Shown here: one piece after another, positions 38,380 to 46,150 of the stretch
Layout of the letters: each line of letters starts with the position of its first letter
How positions within the stretch are numbered: position 1 is the stretch's first letter
From: Alphaproteobacteria bacterium
Lineage (GTDB): Bacteria; Pseudomonadota; Alphaproteobacteria; MPNO01
Assembly: GCA_964291675.2 (NCBI GenBank)
Contig: OZ219866.1
Coordinates: forward strand, 3,584,001-3,648,000
Length of the DNA stretch: 64,000 nt
Reading direction: 5' to 3'
Translations under genes and position numbers: made by a program
Notes under the pieces: generated by a model
What the model was told of the DNA's origin: nothing
What the model saw: only the letters and a program-made list of their open reading frames with translations
The model's database searches: none

Positions 38380-38622
38380 ATGGCAAGCATCACCATTCGC
38401 AACCTGGATGACGGGGTAAAGCGCCGCCTGCGCGTGCGCGCCGCGGAGAACGGCCGGTCGATGGAGGAGGAGGCCCGCGACATCCTGCGCCGCGCCGTCG
38501 GCGAGCCGGTGCCGCCGAAGGATCTGGGCCGCGCCATCCACGCCCGCTTCGCCGCGCTCGGCGGGGTGGAGCTCGTGCTTCCCGAACGCGGGCCGATGCG
38601 ACAGCCGCCCGCGTTCGGGTGA
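38380..38622 (+). CDS. FitA/StbC-like ribbon-helix-helix antitoxin
   Basis: MASITIRNLDDGVKRRLRVRAAENGRSMEEEARDIL. Confidence 0.9.
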   Translation: MASITIRNLDDGVKRRLRVRAAENGRSMEEEARDILRRAVGEPVPPKDLGRAIHARFAALGGVELVLPERGPMRQPPAFG

Positions 38623-38632
38623 GGCGACGATC

Positions 38633-38674
38633 GTGATCGTCGTGGACACGCAAATCGTAGAAAACGCTCAGTAA
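38633..38674 (+). pseudogene. Truncated PIN-domain (FitB/VapC) toxin start
   Basis: Reads MIVVDT (the canonical PIN start is MIxxDTN) then diverges to QIVENAQ* where composition changes. Confidence 0.7.
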
Positions 38675-39077
38675 CGCCGTAAGTTACCGTTATACCGTAG
38701 TTTATTCGACCTTCCTGCTGGACTGATTCCAGCCCCGTAAGCATCCAGAGAGCGATCTGACTCCGAAACCGCGCGCCGCGGTGAACGCGTATGCCGCGGG
38801 CGTGGAGGACTCCTCCCAATTCCGGAATTTCTCCGCCGCACTGACCTGGGCCGGGGCCTTCGCGGACGCGGCAGGCGGGCGCCGGACGGGCTGACGACGG
38901 CCTCCAGTCGCGCGGTGCCGGCGCTGTCGTGCGGGAGCGCGCGCATTGGTCCGGACGGCGGGAGGTCGCCGGATTTCTCCTTACCGTGCGCTTTGCAAAC
39001 CCAGGCGGCGCCTCCTACGGTCGCTGCGTCGGTGCGCGGCAGCTCCGGCACATCCGGCAATCGGACGGGGGGGTAGC

Positions 39078-39296
39078 ATGGGCAACGACGACAGAGGCTT
39101 TTTCGATACCCGGCGCGCTGCGATCTACCTCGGCCTCTCGCACCGTACGCTGGACGGTTACCGCGTGAGCGGCGACGGGCCTGCTTTCCACCGCTTCGGG
39201 AACCGGGTGCGCTATTGCAGGTCGGATCTCGACGCGTGGGCTGCGAAGCGCAGGGCGACCACCACGGCGGAGGCCGACAGGCTCAGCGCGGCATAA
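39078..39296 (+). CDS. Helix-turn-helix DNA-binding protein (excisionase/AlpA-like)
   Basis: TRRAAIYLGLSHRTL..YR..GDGPAFHRFGNRVRYCRSDLDAW. Confidence 0.85.
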   Translation: MGNDDRGFFDTRRAAIYLGLSHRTLDGYRVSGDGPAFHRFGNRVRYCRSDLDAWAAKRRATTTAEADRLSAA

Positions 39297-39622
39297 GCGC
39301 GGATGCGATCGTGGGCAATGTGTCCGCGTGACCGTTCGTGCGAATGATCTTAGGGCAGAAGTCGAGGCGATTCCTCGCTTTGGGCATCCGGCGTCCCTGT
39401 CTGGTTGCTTCGTATGTTCCCGGCCCCAAAATTCCCGACGTGAACGGGAGATTCGTGTAGACACGGTCTTACGGCCAGAGTTCCCGGCAGTAATCGGCAC
39501 CGAACTTCAAGCCGACTACCAGTGAATTCATCGCAAGCGGCCCCGTTCAATGCGCCGCGTGTTACGTCGTAGATTTGCACAAGGTAGCATAAGCATCTTT
39601 CCGACGGCTCTTGGGAGGTATC

Positions 39623-40342
39623 GTGGAGATCGAAGTACTCGAATGCGACTGGGGCGTGGCGCGGCGCGATGACATCCGGGTACTGTTGATGGACGTCGCA
39701 TCGCACATCGTACGCGAGCTGCGAGATCCGCTCGACGAAACGATTCGCGTCATGAACCTGCCCGGGGAACCCCCGAGAGCCTTCTTCAGGAGACCGGGCG
39801 ATACCGCCTACGAAGTGAACCTCACGGCGAAGGATCGGAAGTGGAGTCAATTCGCCTACCAGTTCGGGCACGAGTCTTGCCATGTCCTTTCGGGACACGA
39901 CAAGTTGCGATGCGGTCCGAACAACTGGTTCCATGAGTCGCTCTGCGAGCTCTCCTCGTTCTTCGTGCTTCGCCGGATGGCAGAACGCTGGCCAACCGAT
40001 CCGCCGTACTCCACGTGGGCAGGCTACTCTGCGTCGCTGGCCGACTACGCTGAGTCTACGGCGAGCAAGTACAGTGAAGCCGCGCCGACCGGCTCTTTTC
40101 ACGCATGGTTGTTCGCGAACGAAATCCACATGCGAGATGACCCCTATCTTCGCGAACGGAACGGCGTCGTGGCTCTCAGGCTTCTCCCGTTGTTCGAGGA
40201 GACCCCGCAAGGGTGGAACGCCGTAAGGCATCTTCCGGTGTCCACGGGGATGATCGGTGAATACATCGAGGCGTGGAGGGCCGACGTGCAAGCTGTCGAC
40301 CGCCTGTTCGTCGAACGTGTCGGCGAAGCCTTAGCAGACTAA
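39623..40342 (+). CDS. Hypothetical protein with HExxH motif (putative zinc metallopeptidase)
   Basis: YQFGHESCH followed by NWFHESLCE; GTG start after GGAGG. Confidence 0.65.
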   Translation: MEIEVLECDWGVARRDDIRVLLMDVASHIVRELRDPLDETIRVMNLPGEPPRAFFRRPGDTAYEVNLTAKDRKWSQFAYQFGHESCHVLSGHDKLRCGPNNWFHESLCELSSFFVLRRMAERWPTDPPYSTWAGYSASLADYAESTASKYSEAAPTGSFHAWLFANEIHMRDDPYLRERNGVVALRLLPLFEETPQGWNAVRHLPVSTGMIGEYIEAWRADVQAVDRLFVERVGEALAD

Positions 40343-40742
40343 AAAGTTCCGGTCGTAGGATCATGTTTGAGTGAATGGAACTCGAACACGTGCACCTCCA
40401 AGACGAGGAGATTGCCGCCGTCGAAGTCTGGGGAGCCGTCGCGTCCCCGGACTGTGAAAGGCCAATCGGGATTGTGCCGCACACCTCGAGGCCCGGGGGT
40501 GGCGACTCGTTCCTGAACTGCATTGACGGTTCGGCGGCTTCCGACTTCTGCCCGCCCCCCCGAGGGCTGAAGCTCAGCTCTTAGCGTGAATATCTACACG
40601 AATGTTGTCGTACCCGTACAAGTTGAAACGAGTCTTGGCAGAGTTTGATCCGATTGGCGAGGCGCGGCCTCGCGATGCCTGATTCTCGCGGCGGTCTGGT
40701 TCGGAAGGGGCGCGTTCTCTGGACACGGGCAAACCCGTCCAT

Positions 40743-41765
40743 CTACTGAGTGACCAAGGAGAACACGAACCGCACCTGCAGAAAGTCGTCGGGGCCAGTT
40801 TCCAGCAGCTCACCGCGTTCGGAGAGGGTCAGTTGAGCAATTCGTTCGTGCGCAAGCGTGTCGAACCCGAGCGGAAGGCGTGCATTCGGATTGTGGATGA
40901 CGTAGAGGCCGTCAAGGAGATGTTCGGTGTATTCGGACTTGGGTGTTCTTCGGACGCGCGGTTCGATGGAGTCGGGATTGGGGTGGACGGTCGTGAACAC
41001 GAGATGGTCGACTGGGTCTTCGGCGAGCGCACGGATCTTCCCCATACCGGCGATAGGACTGTAAATCACGGCGCTGACGTGAGCATAGCGGTCGTCGCAG
41101 AAGAAACCGACCGGCAGGTCAACCGAATCGGACTTTGGAACTGTTGACAACGGATAGCGGATGACACGAGAGGACCGCGTCGCCATGCTCTGTTCTTCGT
41201 CAAAGTAGAGACCGAACAGGGCGGCGATGATCGGACGATTGTGCGCAAGCTGTGCGGCGGGTCGGTCGAAGGGCGCGAGCGCGATCACGAACGGTTTGTC
41301 CTTGACGTGGGCAAGCGTCGAGTGCCTATGGAGGTAGAGGTCGGATTTCGCGGTGAAGCGACTGCTGATCCGCACGATGGAATCTCGGTTGAACTCGTTG
41401 AGATCGACCGGAATCTCCGGCGGGCCCTCGCCAAATGCCGGCGGGCCGCCGGCGGGGGGCTGGGCGACGGTAGCTTCGACACACAGGTCGACTCCACGCA
41501 GGCTGGCCACGAAGTCGGGTCGGGAGTGCTTGAACTCGACGCCGCCGCCGAGCTCTCGGATGCAAGCGTGCACGTACAGCTCCCACATCGACGACTCGAA
41601 AGTGGTCTGGAACTCCTTGACGAACTTACCGTCGCGATCGACGAATCCTTGGCTCCAGTCGCGCAGCACGTCTCGCTCGGCGGCCTGTCGAGGGCCGCAA
41701 AGCCGACGGAAGATCGGATGCTGCTGCTGATCTTCGATCACTGGCGAAAACAGATCCACAGTCAC
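40743..41765 (-). CDS. Conserved hypothetical protein (possible restriction-endonuclease-like fold)
   Basis: GFVDRDGKFVKEFQTTFESSMWELY; RPDF...CVEAT resembles a PD-(D/E)xK core. Confidence 0.65.
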   Translation of the reverse strand: MTVDLFSPVIEDQQQHPIFRRLCGPRQAAERDVLRDWSQGFVDRDGKFVKEFQTTFESSMWELYVHACIRELGGGVEFKHSRPDFVASLRGVDLCVEATVAQPPAGGPPAFGEGPPEIPVDLNEFNRDSIVRISSRFTAKSDLYLHRHSTLAHVKDKPFVIALAPFDRPAAQLAHNRPIIAALFGLYFDEEQSMATRSSRVIRYPLSTVPKSDSVDLPVGFFCDDRYAHVSAVIYSPIAGMGKIRALAEDPVDHLVFTTVHPNPDSIEPRVRRTPKSEYTEHLLDGLYVIHNPNARLPLGFDTLAHERIAQLTLSERGELLETGPDDFLQVRFVFSLVTQ

Positions 41766-42075
41766 TAACCTCTCCGCTCTACCGTTGGCCTAGCACCATT
41801 GATCGACACAGGGCCTGTTTGCAAGCCACCAACCTGATTACGTAAAGGTGATACCTGTGGCGAACCGACAAGGTTACGGCTCCGCGACGGTGCTCGGCTG
41901 CGATGTTCTCGTCGGACCGGCACGTTGTGAGCTGCTCCGGGACGCAAACGTCGTGAGTGGGTCCGCGGGCGTCGGACAAAGTGCCATTCACAGGCGACAA
42001 CCGAACACGAACTGAGTGGTTTAGCCATTTCCTCGAGACAGAGACGTAATCAGGCGATTTCGTTCTTCGCGATTT

Positions 42076-42729
42076 CTAGTGACCGCGGGCCATTGGCTTG
42101 TGTTGCGCGAGGGCCCATCCCCGGTTCTCTGGCCAAGCTACGCCCTGATAGGCCACATCCAGCTCCTTCGCCGTAGGCAAGAAGCACTTTTCGTCAACGG
42201 TTCGAATATCTCCATAGAGTTGCGAGAGAAAATTCCTGTCAACACAGCGAAACACTAGGGAGAGAGGTTCCGTTGCATTTTCGTGTTTGCATTTGCAGTC
42301 CTTGAGCCTGCTCAGGCATTTGGAGCATCTCATGAACTCACGAATTGATTTTAGTGCAGTTGTCGTTGGAGTATATAGAAGATATTGTCTGAAGGGCTGT
42401 ACCTGTGCATGGCCAAATCCATTGCGATAGATCACTAACCGTTCAATAGCATCGTGTATTTTCGTATCCGCTTTCCATTTTGGCCAAGCGGACAAGAATT
42501 CGTTCTTGATTCTGCCGAAAGTAAGACGACCGATTTCGAGTCTTCGTCTCGCAAATTCCGGTGGATGATTGCTCGCTCCGTACGCCTTGTTGTAATTCGC
42601 CCGTAGAGCGCAGCTACCTTCGTGTAGGACCAACAAATCCCGCATTGTGCTTTCGACCCAACACAGAAACATGAAGCACTCGCCTGCGGACTGCAGATGG
42701 TTATCCGTTTCTACCCGCTTAGATGGCAT
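42076..42729 (-). CDS. Hypothetical protein, low GC
   Basis: 217-aa ORF in an AT-richer segment; RNGFGH resembles an Rx4H (HEPN-like) motif; CxxC..CxC cluster. Confidence 0.55.
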   Translation of the reverse strand: MPSKRVETDNHLQSAGECFMFLCWVESTMRDLLVLHEGSCALRANYNKAYGASNHPPEFARRRLEIGRLTFGRIKNEFLSAWPKWKADTKIHDAIERLVIYRNGFGHAQVQPFRQYLLYTPTTTALKSIREFMRCSKCLSRLKDCKCKHENATEPLSLVFRCVDRNFLSQLYGDIRTVDEKCFLPTAKELDVAYQGVAWPENRGWALAQHKPMARGH

Positions 42730-43155
42730 GTCAAAGGGACTCCTAGTTGGAAAGGTTCTTCATGATCACGTGCCAAGCTCATCCGGATCACCACCCCGGA
42801 GGATGTTCGACGACGATCTCGTCGGAACCGCGCGGTTCCGGCACTTGAACGACGGTTGCCGTCGACACCGTAAGCGGGCGGATACCGGGTGGTGCATCAG
42901 CCGCGCGCACTGGCCCGCAGCGTCGTCGTCGGAGCAATCCTGCGTCTCGCCATATAAGGATTCCCGCGCGCGAGGGAGCCGATGTCTGCCGCTGCTCTGC
43001 GCAGGCGTTCGCGCCGGTGGCGAATTTCAACGTTTCTCCCCAACTCCTCCCTGCCACAAACGCCCCGGACCCCCGGGTGGGCCTGGCGATGGTGCGCATC
43101 TGCGGCATGGGCGTTGCCGGGGCGAGCGGCAAGACGCGGGCCGGTTGGGCCGACT

Positions 43156-43431
43156 CTAGCCGTTGACCGCGTCGCGGAGGGCCTTCGCCGCCTTGAACGA
43201 AGGCGCCTTCGAGGCCGCGATGTCGACGGGCTCTCCGGTTCGGGGATTGCGGGCCGTTCGCGCCGCCCGGATGCGGGTCGTGAATTTCCCGAACCCCGCG
43301 ATGGTCACCGGCTCGTCGTTCGCCAGGGCGTCGGCGATGGTGGAGAACACGGCGGCGACCGTGCGCTCGGCGGAGGCCCTGGTCACCGACGTCTCGGCGG
43401 CAATACGCGCGGCGAGTTCGTTCCTGGTCAT
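43156..43431 (-). CDS. HU family DNA-binding protein
   Basis: MTRNEL, GFGKF, ARNPRTGE, PSFKAAKALRDAVN. Confidence 0.95.
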   Translation of the reverse strand: MTRNELAARIAAETSVTRASAERTVAAVFSTIADALANDEPVTIAGFGKFTTRIRAARTARNPRTGEPVDIAASKAPSFKAAKALRDAVNG

Positions 43432-44502
43432 TTTCGATTCCCCTGGACTTCGATCTCAGTGTGGGACACGGCGCGAGCTCGGATCAAGCGCGTCGGCGGC
43501 GTGACCATGTCCCAACCGGCATTTGGAACGCTGCCGGACCGAACGGACCTGCTCAAGCTCGGCCGGGTCTCGCCCGGCAGCGGCGACGCTGGCGTGGGGC
43601 GCCACGGGAAGGCAGAGAAGACTCGCGCGTCGCCTGTGCGCCGGAAGCCGCCGAAAGAGGTCGCGTGCCGGCGAGAGCCCAATGGCCATGGCCGCTTGAA
43701 TGGCGCAGCGGCCGCCTCACTTCGATCGGTAGAGAAGTTGCGGCCCGCCGAGCCTGATCGGGACGGCGGTATGTTCCAGAGCAGAAGTCACGTCATCGGC
43801 TGTCCCACCGTCGCCCGGACGCGAAGGACCGGAAAGGCGGCGGGGCCACCCACCCCCGACGAGCGTTCGCTCGCAATCGCGCCGGACAGGTTGAGGAGCG
43901 CCGGGCGCACTGTACAGAAGGTGCGCCCGGCAGAGTCCGCGCCCATCCCCACGGAAGTGTATCTGGCGCCGGCGGGAAGGCCGGCCGTACGGTCCGCCCC
44001 TCAGGCGACATGGTGCGCCACGGCGCCGGGAAAGATCGAACCGCGAAGCGGCCGACGGCGGCCGGGCGCATGCGGCACGGGCATGAATTTGGTGCGCAAA
44101 GGCATTTTCTTCCCGCTTGCGATGGCGGTAGTGGAATCGGTCCGGCACGCGGTGACGGAAGGGTCCGCCGCGGGAGGCGGGACCATGAGGGTAGAGCGAA
44201 CGAGCGAGACGCGGTCGTACGGGGCCGCCCGGCCGCCTCCGGACCTGCGGCGGCGGGGTCCCGCGAGCGGTTCTCCGGCCCGCGCGGAGGCGGCGGCAAG
44301 TGCGCCCCGGGCCCGGGGACGGCCCCGTGAGACGGCCTGGCGCGGAGCGCCGGGATGGGGCACGGAGCGGCGCGCGCGGGGCGGTGAAGGGACCGTCGGC
44401 ACCCGGTGCGTACCGGACGGCCTTCCGGGGCCGGATAGTCCAGCAATACCAAGAAGTTACAGCGAAGGACAGGCGTCGCGGGGCGGGTCTGCCGGGGGCC
44501 GT

Positions 44503-44536
44503 TTGGCTCGCGATAACTATTGTTATCAGGAGCCAA
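44503..44536 (-). other. lox-like recombination site L (13-8-13)
   Basis: TTGGCTCGCGATA-ACTATTGT-TATCAGGAGCCAA (arms match at 11 of 13); spacer is the reverse complement of the site R spacer. Confidence 0.85.
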
Positions 44537-44611
44537 CCCGCCAATTCCACCGTTTCCGACGGGCGGCCCCGAGGCCGCCCGGTCACGCGGCGGCAATCCT
44601 AGTTACCCTCG

Positions 44612-44640
44612 AAATCAATTGCAACCTGCTGGATTGTCAA
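44612..44640 (-). promoter_or_regulatory. Candidate outward-facing sigma70 promoter inside the invertible segment
   Basis: Perfect TTGACA on the minus strand at 44640-44635 in an AT-enriched patch; the -10 element is weak (TGATTT). Confidence 0.35.
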
Positions 44641-44722
44641 CGGGTTATCCGCGTCGGAGCGCCAGCGCGGCGCCATCCGGGCCCTCGGCGCGTGGACACC
44701 GGCCCAGCGCCAAGCGGCGAAT

Positions 44723-44735
44723 TTGGCTCGCGATA
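44723..44735 (+). other. Isolated lox-like half-site
   Basis: TTGGCTCGCGATA(AC) identical to the left arm of site L, with no matching right arm. Confidence 0.7.
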
Positions 44736-44820
44736 ACACTTTGTGGAAAACCGCCCCCTTGCACCGGTTCGGGACGGATCGACGCCAGCGGGGCAGGCCC
44801 CATCATAAGCCATCGCGCAC

Positions 44821-45792
44821 TCACGCACGACGCTGAAGACGCGCGAGCTGCGCCGCCCCGCTGCGCCGCGCCAGGAGCCGCTCGCCGTAGCGGTGCACCA
44901 TCGCCGTCGTCTTCCAGCGCCCCGCGTCCAGGATGGCCGGCATCCCGATGCCTTCGGCCACCATGTCCTGCGCCGCGCCCACCCGGGTGCTGTGCCCGGA
45001 GATGCGCGCGACAACGTCGCCCGGCAGCCCCGCGCGCTCGGCCATCGTCTTGAAGATGCGCGGCACCTGGCTCGCGTCGAGCCGCTCGCCGAGCGCGCCG
45101 CGGTTGAGCGAGCGGAACACCCTCCCCCCGGTCACACCGCTCCGCTCGCACCATGCGCGCACCAGCGCCACACTGTCGGGGGCGAGGTACAGGGTTGCGC
45201 CGCACCCCTCCGCGTCGGTCTTTGAGCGGCGCACCAGCACCGTCCCCGAGCCGTCCGCATCCACCACGATATCAGACACTTGCAGCGCGACGAGCTCGCC
45301 CCGGCGCAGCAGCGTGTCGTAGGCGACGGCGAGCAGGGCGCGGTTGCGCGCGTCGATGAGCGTGTCGCCGGTGGCGCCCATCAGGCGCTCGAGCAGCGCC
45401 CAGTTGAGCCCCTCGGCCTGCGCCTGGCGCCGCCCCTTGCGCCGGTGCATGCGCGCGAGCGCGCGGCGCACCGGCTCGCTTCGCGTCGTCTTCTCGAACC
45501 CCACCGCGCGGTGCGCGGCCGCGATGCTCGCCACGTAGCGGCGCACCGTCGCGGGCGCGCGCTCCTTCGCCATGGCGTCGACGAAGGCCGCGACCGTCTT
45601 CGGCGCCGCCGGCAGCGCGGTCAGTCCATGCGCCCCGCACCAGTCCTCGTAGATGGCGAGGTCCGAGCGCATCGCCCGCTCGGTGTTGTCGGCGAGCGCC
45701 CCGCGCGCGGACGCCGCGCAAGCGGTCCGCGGGCTCCGCTCGACGCAGCTTGCGCTCGTCTGCGCCGGCCGGTTCAGCGGTTCGACAAGCAT
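44821..45792 (-). CDS. Cre-family tyrosine recombinase
   Basis: SAM-like N-terminus (ADNTERAMRSD..DWC), RRGEL, RSKTD, SGHSTRVGAAQDM..G.....LDAGRW....VHRY, closely matching the Cre C-terminal catalytic region; RBS GGAGG. Confidence 0.92.
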   Translation of the reverse strand: MLVEPLNRPAQTSASCVERSPRTACAASARGALADNTERAMRSDLAIYEDWCGAHGLTALPAAPKTVAAFVDAMAKERAPATVRRYVASIAAAHRAVGFEKTTRSEPVRRALARMHRRKGRRQAQAEGLNWALLERLMGATGDTLIDARNRALLAVAYDTLLRRGELVALQVSDIVVDADGSGTVLVRRSKTDAEGCGATLYLAPDSVALVRAWCERSGVTGGRVFRSLNRGALGERLDASQVPRIFKTMAERAGLPGDVVARISGHSTRVGAAQDMVAEGIGMPAILDAGRWKTTAMVHRYGERLLARRSGAAQLARLQRRA

Positions 45793-45829
45793 CGATAAGC
45801 CTCCAGGTCCGTGAAACACGGCCCGGAGA

Positions 45830-45863
45830 TCGGCTCGCGATAACAATAGTTATCGCGAGCCGA
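45830..45863 (+). other. lox-like recombination site R (13-8-13)
   Basis: TCGGCTCGCGATA-ACAATAGT-TATCGCGAGCCGA with perfect arms (extending to 15 bp, 45828-45865), about 40 bp upstream of the recombinase start. Confidence 0.9.
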
Positions 45864-46150
45864 TCGACAGCGTCAGGGGGGTGGTCGATGGGCAATCCCG
45901 GGGACGGATACGGGTCTTCCTTCCTGCGGTTGGCAGGCAGACCCGGTGCACTCCGCGGCGGCGTCTCCACAGGCGCGGGTGCGCCGGCGAGGGATGCCGC
46001 ATGGCGACGTCGAGGGCGTCCATCTCCGGGCATCCATCCGAACCATAGGGCCAGGTCTTTCCCGGCGCGTCCCCAGTCCTGGGGAGGCGCGCGGGCGCGC
46101 GGCTCGGCTGCCGCCTGCGGCTTCGTCGGGGAAATCTTTGTGCGAACGCG

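Noticed and set aside
42982-44736. 584-aa plus-strand ORF and overlapping ORFs between HU and the recombinase
   Set aside because: Low-complexity translation that overlaps HU antisense and runs through the lox-like site; probably non-coding.
45828-45865. Palindrome as an intrinsic terminator or telomere-resolvase site
   Set aside because: No U-tract and an asymmetric 8-bp core; a matching partner site and the adjacent Cre-like gene explain it better.
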